The position numbers and the translations under genes are program-made. From the NCBI GenBank assembly GCA_001949185.1, contig BDGG01000017.1, forward strand, positions 682,001 to 746,000: a stretch of DNA of 64,000 nt. Direction: 5' to 3'. Positions within the stretch are counted from its first letter, which is position 1. Each line of letters starts with the position of its first letter. Positions 49,708 to 61,610 of the stretch are shown here, piece by piece. The notes beneath the pieces are model-generated. The model did no database searches. It saw only the letters and a list, made by a program, of their open reading frames with translations, and had not been told where the DNA came from. Origin of the DNA: Ramazzottius varieornatus. Taxonomy: Eukaryota; Animalia; Tardigrada.

Positions 49708-52700
49708 CGAGGAGCGAGGCCTTACTTCGTCCACGAGCATACTTTGTACAGTCAAGTTCTGCAGGCGGCGATGTTAGCTGCCTAGCTTGGTCATAATCAG
49801 CTGACCATGTTCACCGCCATAAGACACCCACAGAAGAGTGTACAAAGTTTTCGCCGTTCTGATTTTTCGTTGAAATCAGGGCAGAAGCCAATATGCACCA
49901 CAGCCTGAACACTATATTTCTATTTCCGCTGTCACATATGGTACACTTAGCACTTTGCGATGCTGCGAATAATTGTTTTCCGTAGTGGCGCACATTTCAG
50001 TGTTACTGGTCAGAAGCGTGCGCCACTTGGGAGAATGATGTTGTATTTTTCAGATGACGCACTATGTAGTACATTTAACTGGTAGCGTGCGCCACTTGGG
50101 GAAACGATCACGGCGAGTTTGTTGGCTGAGTTCCTACATTCTTCTTTCTCAAAGATGCAAAACGCCACAGCAGCTAAACAACTGAAATCTCAGCACAACG
50201 AAGAATGTTTATATACCCTCTAGGTATTCTTAGCCTTCGACTTTACGGCAGAAGCTCTCGGTTTAGTTTTCGGTAAGAGGAGTATCTTGGCTTTTGCTTT
50301 CGAAGCTGGCGCTGACGGTTTCTTTCTGGGAGCTGAAGCGATCTTCGTCCGTGCCGTGGCGCGTTTTGCTCTGGTCTTCAGAGGGGACACTTCAGGATCG
50401 TCTATCGGAGAATCAAAGAGCGACTGTGGTGCGGGAACGTCGTTTGCTATCTCTGCTGCCACCTGCTGAGCCGTCTTTCTCTGTCGCTTCGGTGGAGATT
50501 GACAAGGGTATTCTTGGGTGGCGGGGCTGTCATCGTCGCTGCCTGTCGCGCTTTCCTCCAGCGCCTGGATGTTTCGCTTTCGGTTTCTCAGACCTTTGGC
50601 TTTCGCTTTGTTCTTTTCCATCGCGGCTTTCTTTGTGCTGATGTAAGCACTCTCGGTAAGGATTCTTCCGTTAGATACATCCAGACGGGAATCTTTTTCG
50701 CGGCGTTTCTTTTGAGGAGCGCTCCGCAGCAAGTTCTTGTAGAACTGCACAGCCACGACTGAGCCTACCGATTCTCCTGTCATAATCTTTCTGATCTCCA
50801 ACAGGCAGCTGGTTGTTTTATCTTCGGAAAGGCGAATCTTTTCGCGAAGAATCTTCGCGATATCTGCGAAATATTCTTCGCTTTGAGCTTCATTGTGTTC
50901 GACGACTTCTAAGCGAGGATTCACCGTGCCTCTGAGCAGTTCGGCGTCAAACGGATACATCCCCGTTTTGCGGAATCCTTCCTTCATAGGTCCACCTGGA
51001 AGGAGGAGGGGTAACCTTCGCACGACCATAATTTTTGAAATCTCGGCACAAAAGCTCGACAAGATCGTTTTCCCAAGTGGCGCACACTTTTGGCCAGTAT
51101 TATCGACAAATTGCGCCAGTGGAGAAATCGATCTGGTCGACATTTATTTACCGAGCTTCCATTTGGTTTTCGTATCATCAACTCGTTGGTTCATGATTGC
51201 AGATAGCCAAAAGATACAAGGGCAACCTTGGGTGGCAGATTCTTACCTAAGTTAAACGAGTATGGCTGGAATTTTGGATTCCAGAGTTTCACGATATGGG
51301 CAGGGAAGTTATGACGAGATACCTAGAATACAACAATCATATCGTCACACTTTTTTTATCGGTATGAAACTGCGAAGGGAAGACAGGTTTATGCCTACTC
51401 ACGTCGATGGATGTGTCAACCCTGGAATCACGAAGATACATATGCCACTTCTGCTTAACTCCCCCGAACACCTCTTTATCCAGTGGCTGCAAGAAAGCTG
51501 TTTGTCCAGAAGGGAGAACCACTACTTGGATTTCCTTCTCATGCTCCATACATGCCAGGAGAAAGGCGATACAGCTCAGATGAGAGGAATGTCCGTCAAA
51601 AATTAATACGTTCTGCGAAAGAACAAAATTCACAAGGTTTACCTTGGTGTCATTCCGGCAGTGCACAGTGGAAGGTGCATGAAACAAAGGGAAGTATTAT
51701 CGCCACAACAGTTACAAGAATTACCTTGGGGCAAGTGATGGAGGATAGAAATTCCTTCTCCAGGAATTCGGTTAGCACTTCGGTGTCCATTACTCCCGAA
51801 GAATTCGTGCCAACGTAGCACGCATCGTGAGTTTCCCGGAAGTGAGACTCAAGGTGCATCTTGCCTTTGTAAAGAATCAGCGGCCGAAGCGTCTTACCAG
51901 CTGCATTTCCCATAGCCAGAAGGGAAATATTTTCCCGATCGCTTTCGCTGCTTTTCAGGTAGCCCACCGCTTCCTTCACGCCTCTCTCCGCGTACACCTT
52001 GTCGTACAGTTCAGCTAGCCGAAATCCCGATTCGTCTAGGTTCCATATCCCATTCGTCACTCAGCTTCTGTAGGAGGGAAATCCATTCTTCGCAGCGCTG
52101 AGCGGTCCATTCCCTCGACTTCTTGAAGCTCAGTGCGCTCAGTACCCGTACAGAAACTCCACGGTTTCTCCGAAGAAAATTCCGGTGCCATCGGTCGGTA
52201 AACTTAGCCCAGTTCATGCCTACAAGAAACCGACACTATCGTTCATGCATGTTCGACCGGAAGTCAGCTGTTCGGACATTTCATGTTTAACAGGTAGCTG
52301 ATGTTATCCAAAGGTCATCCATTCGTACGAGCGACATCCAAGCAACATCAGGCTTACCTTTTGCAATGGCGATGGCTTTGACAATCTTGATCAAAGTACG
52401 TTTACCGAGAGGAACACCAATCTTGGAGCAGCGCACGAGAATTTCGGCAATGTCTTCCTCTTCTTCCATTGTAAAGGTACTGGGACGTCCAGCCTTCTTT
52501 CCGTGTTTCCCGTTGACTTTATTGGCGAGAGTTGTGTGAGGTATCTGATATCTCTCGGCGGCCATCCGTATGGACATCCCGTCGTTAACAGCAGTCACTG
52601 CTGCTTCCATGTCAGGATGTGCCTGCACATATCGCCGTTTCCGAGGTATGTCCATGGATTGCAGTTGAGCAGGAGCAGAAGGGTAGTCTTCAGAAGTCGC

Positions 52701-53217
52701 CGAAGTCACTGGAGAACGGTTTGCAGCCATCACGAAGACAAGGTAAAACTTGGACATACAAAAGAAGAGGAAGAAGGATAGCCTTCCAGCAAGACAAGTT
52801 CAGCCGAGGAGGTAAACAATGCGTTTTCGCTTGGAAGTGTACAAAGTTTTTGCCGTTCCGATTTTGGTGAAAAACGGTCGTATGACATCATCACTAACGT
52901 TGCCCACACATCAAGAGATGTGTGCTTCTGCTCGGTCGGGCACACAGGTGTTTTACTTGTCCCGGTCTGTTGTGCCCTCTGCAGAAAGCGTGTTCCCTAG
53001 TATCGAATGAAATTCCCCAACGGCTTCCGCTCAAGAATTTCTCCCGTCATGATCATTTATCTGATCCCACTTTTGGCTGGATAGAAATGAAGCCAAGTGT
53101 TTGAAGGTACTTGTGAATTATTTTGGGGTTTTTATAGCGAAAGGTCAGTGAGAAAACCGTCAGTGGAACAAGTAGTCGCCTGTCCGGCAAATGTACAAAG
53201 TAGAGCCTCGCTCCTCG
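49708..53217 (-). mobile_element. pogo/Tigger-like DNA transposon (inner, nested element) with ~20-bp TIRs and TA target duplication
   Basis: TA (49706-49707) CGAGGAGCGAGGCCTTACTT ... AAGTAGAGCCTCGCTCCTCG TA (53218-53219). Encloses its own transposase gene. Confidence 0.88.
50220..52730 (-). pseudogene. pogo-like transposase (HTH_psq + CENP-B-type HTH + DDE_1, ~DD38D, basic C-tail), intron-containing, frameshifted near 52050
   Basis: MEAAVTAVNDGMSIRMAAERYQIPHTTL (psq HTH), GRPSTFTMEEEEDI, IWNLDESGF, LIFDGHSSH, LPSGQTAFLQPLD. The exon-2 frame (LQKLSDE) does not continue into the WNLDESG frame. Confidence 0.85.
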
Positions 53218-55021
53218 TACAGAAATGATGAGCGTCATAAAAGTGATGGAAGCAAAGACGAGCCTTGCACCACCCGCAAACCAGAAGAACAATGTCTCTG
53301 CAGTTCTCGTGAAGACAACTGCCTTTCAGCTTATCAAACATAAACTTGGCTGGATTAACATACATGAAACGTTCGTCGGTATATCCCGACTTATGCCAAG
53401 CTTCAGCTATCAAATTTTCGAACCTGGGCGACTGAAACTGTTGATACAGCAAAGAGTGCAATCTCAAAATCACATCGCGATGATGCACTTGAACGGGTAA
53501 GTCGTGCAAAAAGGCAAAGTCGGATATCTTTTTGAAGCAGCCTTCGTACATCCTAAAGCATAACACATCCAGCGGTTGAATTTGACCGGTAACTTTCGGA
53601 GGGATGGTCAGCATTTCGTACTTCAGCTCTTCCGGTTTCAGTTCAATCACAGAATCTTGATCGGTGAAGGTCTCCCACGAGTCGGCCAAGAAAATGCACC
53701 GCTCTTCCATATGAGGGAAAAGAACTTTTTCTGACCACTCTAAGTAGAGCTTCTTGGTCATCTTCCTGGATGTCGAAGCAGTGACATACAGATTATCAGC
53801 CTTGAACATCGTTCTCGACACGATTGTACCAAACACTCCCTTCTCTTCCTTCAGCGTTAGGAAAAGAACAGGAAGAAACTTACGCCTGCCCGGGGAGACC
53901 GTCATTATCAGTGTAGGTATGTGTCATGAAATTCTCCGACTGGGTGATCGCTTCCACGTGTTTTACTCCAGCAGTTTCCGAAGTTCTTCCTGGTCTCATC
54001 TCATATTCAAAGCCTGACTGATCCGCATTCCACAGACAGTCTAACCCGTACTCTGCGATCCCTGATCTGATAAGCGCAACGCAGGCTTCAGCACTTTCCT
54101 TGACGTGAGGCGCTTCTTGTATGGATTTCTTGGTGACGAACTTGGTTATTTTCCGGTCAACGATCCCATAATATCTAGAAAACATTAATTCCGTTTTTGA
54201 AGGAGATCGAAGCACAAAAAACTGTTGGTACCGTTTGAGTTTTCCGATCCAGTCTGGGGAAGCAGTGAAACCGGCCAAGTTCACCGTTTCGTTCGCAGTG
54301 AGAGCCCATCGACGTAAGTCCAAATTCTTGACCACTTGCTTTTTCCTTTTAGCGAGGAAGAACTGCTTACCGACATCCAAACGTAGAGCCTTCAACTTGT
54401 CCAGCCTGGAACCGCCTTCCACTACCTGCTTTTCCCAGTCGTACAGCTGCCGTATGCTGGTTACTTTACCAAAACTTCTCTGAACAGTGGCCAAGGTGAG
54501 ACGCTTCTTCTTCACGGCGTTTCTCCAGTATGTAACCGCACGTTTCTTGTACTCCAAGTTGACTAACTGATCCACTGGAAGCTTGGGGTTAGGAAGTCGT
54601 GGGACGTATAGCTCATGGAAAGAAGGTTCAGTTCCGCTGGAAACAGGCTCAAGCAGTCTATCAGGTTCCGTAACGTCGAAGTCAGCTTCACTCCGGCCAT
54701 TCAGCAGGTTGCACTGGACAACAGATGCTTCGTAATCGTCAAATGACTCGACGCGGATCTGCAGATCATACTGGAGGTCTTCTTCAACGGCATACACAGG
54801 AGTAACACTTTGGGTGATCTTCGAGTCGATGAAATCTAGGAAAAAATTCCGAATCAAATTAGTATCTTTTTTGTTTTTGAGCTCCAGTGCACGGCAAGAT
54901 TACCTTTAACTATGTCCTTGAACTGCCTGTCAGCTTCGCTTGGAAAGTCGTCGATACGGTAGTGCAGTTTGTAGTCCCATTCCAGCAGCTTGATAACTTT
55001 CAGCAAGTTGATTGATTCCAT
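53218..55021 (-). pseudogene. Tc5-like transposase (DD37D with C-terminal Cys/His zinc-finger-like domain), frameshifted near 53905 and interrupted by the inner element
   Basis: LWNADQSGFEYEMRPGRT, FLADSW, IPPKVTGQIQPLDV, QFQSPRF...AWHKSGY and CLHENC...CGWC...CFHHF...HHFC match nematode Tc4v/Tc5 transposases. The last codons (IYLP*) lie beyond the insertion at 49689-49705. Confidence 0.88.
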
Positions 55022-56152
55022 TTCAGAGAAGCGCAGGAATGAATGAGCAAATGAGAGAAGGTTGAAAAACAACAGAAAACTTGATGAGCAGGAAGCACAG
55101 GCTCAATCAACAACCGAATCAACCATCGAACAATCAAGTCTTGATTGTTCATTACTCTGCTTATATACCGCCCTACTTTCGACGTCACTCCCGAGTCCCT
55201 GTAGCTTGTTCCAGGATCGACGCGGGATTTAGCTCACTGGCTCAGATCCTAGAAGAGACTCTCCTCTCTCGTTCCGCCAGGACAGTTTGACCAAAAAGAG
55301 GTGAGGACAGGCATAATCCCCTCGTCAGTATTTTCGTCCCTTCCCGCCGGCGCCGGAGAAGACTGAATGAATTCCTGATCCAAGGCGGATCACCGCCCAC
55401 CATCACAATGGCAGGCTTCTTCGCTTTCCTGGGACCATCCCAGTCGTCGTTTGCCTTCTTCGGCACGGTGGCAGTGGTCCTTTAATTCTTATTCTTCGTA
55501 GCATGTTGAGCTGTTATCTTGGACATTATACTGTACAGTTGTACAGTGAGCTTGCGAACCAACTTGCTGCTTCTTCTAACTGCACCTGTGCGTGATCGTA
55601 GCTAGATCAGCTCGAAAGAGATTTTTATGCGAATATTTACTTACTTTTACCGCAGTGCATAATCATTGATGTTGTACATAGTGTTCAGGACGAGCTGTGC
55701 AGTACCATCCACAGACTTTGCCTTGTCAGCCGACCGCCTAGCTTGTCCTCACTGTTTCTTGTCGTGGTATATAGGGCCACAATTTTGATATTTGGCTAAT
55801 CTTATCTAGATTGTGACAATCTGTTGATGTTGAATACATGAAAGACGAAATTATGATGGTTTGGTGATGACAGAAAAGTGGACCCGAGGCAACAGCAGTC
55901 TGCGACAGCAATGGCGGAATTTTCCCGGGGGACTTTACTCGGTTGGATAAATTACTACAAAGCTGCCATACAGTCAACGGTGAAGCAGTACAGATTAGCG
56001 GCGTAATCAAGAAATATCATTCAAGATTTAGCAAAACAAAATGGTTAAAAAAAGATGGGTCATTTGTCCCCAGCGTCGATTAAAAGAATCAGCGCAAGAA
56101 AGTATGGACAGTCAAAGATGCAGACTGTCATGTAGGCTCTGGCTTGTAACAT

Positions 56153-57726
56153 CTACAAAAAAGGGTTAAAACTGTTGGTGTTATTCTGCTGGGCGGCGGA
56201 GGTGTTGATGTTGTAGGAGGGTGAGGAGAGCGGTAAGAGCGGTTGTGGTAGATGGCTGGCCGGTTCTTGGGAGAAGGCGAGGGGGTTGCGCAGTTGGTTG
56301 ATGGTGGGTGCTGGAGCGACAGAATGGTGAAAGGGGTTGGCTGGCGTCGTCTCCAGGGCCGGTGCCAGACCGAAGGGGTTGCTGAACAAGCTGGCATTAG
56401 GGTTGTGGGTAGCGGTGGACAGGTTGGAATAGCGCGTGGAGGAGGGACCACCGACCAGCGCGTCCAGGTTGACCAGGCTGGAGTTGGCTCCCAAGAAGGC
56501 CTCGGGCTGCTTGCGGTTGATGCTGCTGCTGGAAGAAGAGGCGGCAATGTTGGGACTTGCGGCCGAAGGGGAAGTCGACCAGGCATCCGCCAGCAAGTCT
56601 CCACCTTTGACACAACAAGACAACTTTGTTCGTATACGCATGTTATACGGAGCACTTTCTGTTACCTGGCTTGGTTTGAGTGAAGGGCTGCATGGAGGAG
56701 GTGGAGGAGGTGGAGAGGGGGATGGCGGGCGTGGACCAGGGATCGTTGTTATGGCTGCCGTTCTTGTGGGAGTGACTGCTGGCAGGTCCGGCCAGGGCGG
56801 CATCAAAGCCATCTCCCCAGGGGTCGTGGCTGACGGGCGAGGAGGTGGTGACGTTGGCGTGGAAGACGTCAAAGAGCTCGTCGGCGCTGCTAGCCTGCAC
56901 GGCCTTGCCTCCCTTCTGGTAGTCCGTCTGCGACTCACTCAGCGCCAGCTGTAGCCGCACATCATCGCGCTGCCGTCGTCGCTCTTCTTCCTCCGCTTCC
57001 TCCTTGCTGAGGGCCAGCGCAATCTGCAGCTGGATCTCTTCTTCGTTGGCCGTCTGGGGACGGACAGCGTCGACGTGGGACGAGCTGCTGCCCAAGGCTG
57101 AAGCGTGGAGGCTGCTGTCGTTCAACTCGCTACTGCCAAAGTCACCCCGCACCGATGTGCCGAACGCCCCACCTCCACCCATTCCTACAACCAACACGTT
57201 CCATATCCACTATCAACAGCATAACCATGACAAGAGAGGCTGAGCTGTATATACCTCCGTACTGAAAGCGTTCCCTGGTCTTACTGGCTTTAGCTCGTTC
57301 ATTCTTCAGCTTCTCATCATCCGTCAAGAGGCAGACCACCTGCTTGGCCTTCTCGCGGACATTCATGCCCAGGTCCTTGTTGTCCTCCGAGTATTGAAAG
57401 TTCTGCAAGGTCTGGATAAAGTAGAGGTTTTCCAAGCAGTGTTGAGCCACCTTCTCGGTCCCTGCCTTGATGATATAGTCCAGCACCACCAGGGCTTTGT
57501 AGACGTGACGCCAGTCTTTGCCGTTGTCGTTGAGCCTCTTCCACAGCATCTGCATAATGTCGGAGAAGGCCAAGTGGTTGTAGGTCATGTCGGCAATGTC
57601 GGCCATCAAGGAGGCAGCTGGTCCCCATGGGTCGTTCGACGTGGCTTCCCTCACCTTCACTTGCGCGTCATTGTAATTACGCACCACATTCCGTACTGTC
57701 CGTAATCCTCGCTTGACATCTCCCAT
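56153..57726 (-). CDS. epsin: Epsin (liquid facets-like endocytic adaptor), 3 coding exons
   Basis: ENTH domain (VKVREATSNDPWGP, DWRHVYKAL, LKNERAKASKTRERF), two UIMs (EEEIQLQIALALSKEEA, DVRLQLALSES), DPW motifs, clathrin box LVNLD and three NPF motifs ending NPFL*. Confidence 0.95.
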
Positions 57727-58700
57727 CCTTCCCGATCTACCCCTTTCCACCTAGGACAACAACTTGATACAGTCCACTCCTCGATTCCTACAACAGCTGA
57801 GCTCAGTACAACAGAGAAGCTGGGGACATCAGATAGTTCATTGATCAGCAGAAATGTCGCTCCATGCTCAGGCTCAGCTGCCAGCAGCAATAAGGGCTTA
57901 CAAAGATAGATTACACCGCTGGTGTAATTGGCTCCACCCACACCATCACGATTGGCCTATTCATTCCCCCAGACATTACACTTTCGGTGTAAGTACGAGT
58001 CACTCCGGAACGACTCGTAATTACACCAGACTTAACCCGCATCCCGAGTGCGCTGTGCTCCCCTCCAAACTTTCAAATGTCACTTCCATGACGAAGTTTC
58101 TCGCTACCCGTCCTACTGTTGAGTGTATGGTGGTTCCTCCGACATCAAAGATTTCATAATCCTTCGATCGTACTTAGCTGCAGTGCGGGGCTTTCAAAGC
58201 GAGCCGTTACACCGCTTTCCTAACTGGTCAAAAACATTTTGGGCGTATCCACCAAAGTAGCAGGTGTATTTACACCACCAAGCCAGCTTAGTCTTTGTAA
58301 GCCCTTAATGCCTCTTAAGGAAAGTTAAAGATAAGAAGGATGACGTCATCTTTGCTGACCGTCCCACCTCATGACCCCACTCCGCGCCACGGCGCCACCA
58401 TACAACTTTTGCTGTCCTCAACTTACTCTTGTTTTCCCAATCCGAACTCGGCGAGCGTCTTCTGATTTACGCAAGTGTTCTTCTAGCCTCTCCCTTTTGT
58501 ATATCGACTTCTTCCTGGCAAAGCAACAATTTCATTTGCTACTGGTACACTTCGCCGGGACTGTTTCCGAGGCACAGCATCGAAGAATCAGCAGTAAATT
58601 CAGTGAAGGGACAAAAGCAGCTCCCAGCCAAATTATCAGAGGCAAATAACACTAAAACAAATTAGATCTATCAGGATGTGAATAAAATGAATTGAGAAAC

Positions 58701-60767
58701 TTATCGAGAGGAGGTCTCATTGACAGTAATTCGATCGTAAAATAAAATTGAGCACAATGCAGCTGGCCACCTAACACAGTCAGCTTTCTCAATGCGAACG
58801 ACCAGTAAGTTACTTGAATTTCCCGATCTGCTCCCACCAAAGGGAGAGAGTCTGCTGGGCTTTCTTGTATACTGTAAGCCTGCTTTGGCCGCTTCGTCCA
58901 CGGTCAGTTTGGTGTTGAAAGCTACTTGTAACATGTCGTCGGTCCACAGCAAGTAGGCAACCGCCAAAGAGACTGCCCACTGCCCGCTTTCTTTGTTGAG
59001 TATGTTGGCGGTACTGGTCCGCTGCAGCTGACGGATGCACTTGTTGTACTCGCGCTTGCCCAAGACCACGTTGGTGTAGTCCATCAGCAACCGAGCAGGG
59101 CCCCCTAATCGTCCATAAAACTGGATGACACGGTAGACCTCCTCTGTGATGAAGCCGTCAGCTCGCACCTTCTCCAACCTCTGCCAAAACTCCGGGACAG
59201 TCAACCCGCCCAGACGCCTCTTCTGTGAAGCCAAAGAGGAAGGAGCTCTGCTTGCTTGAGAAAGGGGACCTTTGTCGACGGTCACATTGGCTCGTGAAAC
59301 GTCCTTCTTGCTCCAGGCCATGATGACCGGCCGCCTTATACATTGTTCGTTTGACTTGTCGGCTCAGCTTCAGCCGGGAGCCCGAGATGATTGCTAGCAT
59401 TTCTTCGTTCCACACCAAGTACGAAACTGCCCCGCTGATTGTTCAGCTGACCTTGCCGCCTCGGGCCCTAGCTGCATTCAGCTGCTGAACCAGCTTCTTG
59501 TACAATTTCTGCTTCTCCATCAAGCCGTTCATATAGGCTGCGATGTTCTTGGTGTTTATGTAGCAAATGACCTCATAGACTTCTTCCCGGGTGAACTTGC
59601 TGGTACGAGCTGCATGCACCCCCTGCCAAAATTCATGATCGGTCTTCTTCTTCATCACTGCGGCGCTAGCAACCCGGCGCTCTTTGACTGCAACAGACAA
59701 CGTCGCTACTGAGAAACGAACATGATGACTGTGTAAAGCTTTACTGGATGTAAGTACCTTGTGAAGCGAAAGGCACTGCCCAGCCACATGCCGGCTTCGC
59801 ATGCGGTCGCCCGTTGAATGCCTCCACTGCAGCTCTATCCCAGCACGCTGTGTCGCTTGTTGACGAATTGACCGAAGTCGGACTGGCGTTCTGCTCAACA
59901 GCATGTTCTTCTTTGACAGCCAACGTCAGCCCACCATCGTCGACTGCCTGTCGTTATCGCTTCCTTCCCGAATCATCGGTAATACTGGCTTCTCGCCGAA
60001 TACGCTTCACCTCCTTCACCGTAGGAGCTTCCTGCTCACGGACAGTGCTGACTTCCGGGGCGGACTCCTGTACAAACCACAATGAAAGTCAGACAGATGA
60101 CACAGCATTGAGATCATTTTGTAAACTTCTTTTAGCCTTCCTCAGTGACAAGATAGGGAGAACTACAAAGTGAACTGACACCAGCGTCTTCCTTCTTGGA
60201 GTGGTCGTCCTACCTAAGAAGGTGCCAGGGAGAAATAGCCATCTTCCTTCAAGACTTTAGCCCAGAATTTCAGTGCTTCCATTCCGCAGTCAAACTTCAC
60301 CTTCCACGACATGGCCACCTCGTCATCCTCTGCCGATTCCAGTATACTAAAAAGAGGACTTTTGTGATAAAGGTTCTGTTTCACCTGGGGGGTACATATG
60401 CAGTTGCCTACCCAAGCGCAGCCTGGAAGAAGGACCACAGATCGTCCAAAGTTGCTCCTTTGGGTTGGAAGGACGAGATTGCCTCCAGTGATTGCATGAT
60501 GGCACGTTCCACCTGCTTGCTGCTGGTAACGTGGACCTCCCTTTTGACGATCTTCTTCCAGCCGGCATGGGAAAAGTTGACGTAGGAGACGTCGGCAAAT
60601 TTAACATCCAGCCATTTCCGCCCGTCCTCCTTGATGACTTTCATGCATCCCTTCAGCGTCGGCTTCTCCTTCTTCTGCTCTATCACTGAGACAGCATACT
60701 TCATCACCTTATCTAGAGCCTTCCCCAAGGCATCCTTCTCCTGCGGTTGCGCCGGAGGGGAATTCAT
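58701..60767 (-). pseudogene. Decayed gene of unknown family containing two tandem copies of a ~90-aa domain
   Basis: Protein-like segments on the minus strand broken by in-frame stops (~60214, ~59955, 59443) and frameshifts (~60415, ~59325). Internal repeat EFWQ...EEVY.VI...Y.K...QL...S.AV.YL.W...ML. Confidence 0.6.
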
Positions 60768-61610
60768 GATACCCTGTCAGACACGCGAAGAAGCAAAAGA
60801 GTTAGAAAAGTGAAAGATGAAATCCAGATTTCTGGAAAATGCAAAATGGGTGAAACATTGGCTTGAGACAGCAATTGGTACGCCAAAGCATTGGTAAACA
60901 CGTTGATGGTGTGGGCCGTTGGTTCTGACAAACCGAGCGGTAACGCCGGTTAGGGGTTGTTTACCTGCGGAACAGTGGGAACACTGGACACTGGTTGCGC
61001 CGATTCTACAATGTCACTATTCAAGCCTGATATCGTTCATACTTTTGCAGTTGATTGGCAGGGGGCCACAGGGCGTCCAGCACGGTAAATGTTTGATGTC
61101 CTGTTCCTGGTCTGTCAAACCAATCAAGCATCGCAACCAGCAAGTGTTGTGTCCACTGAATGTGAAACAACTTCCAGTTGAATGGCAATTTGCCAGTGTA
61201 CAAACATGTCCGCCATTCTGGGTCCGCGATCGGCTGTAACAAGCTCATACTCTCGGTAGTAGTCGCAATTGAAAACTTCCTCTCAGTTGAACGAACGGAT
61301 GACATTTAGTTAAGTCGGTAAATTCTATTTGCTGGGGACAAGAGTTCTCCTTTCTGAACTTGTCGTCAGTTGCCTTCCTGGGACTTCTTACGATCATTCT
61401 CTGGTTAGCAGCGGCTGAACTTTCTTACTTTATAGGTTCGCAATCCAGGTTTCATTTACAATTCGAAATAGTTGGTGAAACAACTCCATGAGAGGCCCAT
61501 CTCGCACATATCGATTGCTACAAAATTTCTGGATGTATGGAAATCGCTAGACAAACCGATACTACCAGCTGTTCGATACAGCCCCTGAAAAGAGATGGAA
61601 TATTAACAGA

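Larger units (their letters stand above)
49451..55324 (-). mobile_element. Tc4/Tc5-like DNA transposon (outer element) with 144-bp TIRs and 3-bp TCA target duplication
   Basis: TIRs 49451-49594 and 55181-55324 differ at only 2 positions by my reading. TCA at 49448-49450 and 55325-55327. Contains a DD37D transposase gene. Confidence 0.92.

Noticed and set aside
60919-61305. Trp-rich short ORF 61021-61305 (-)
   Set aside because: No recognisable homology or splice structure; may be decayed coding sequence but cannot be supported.
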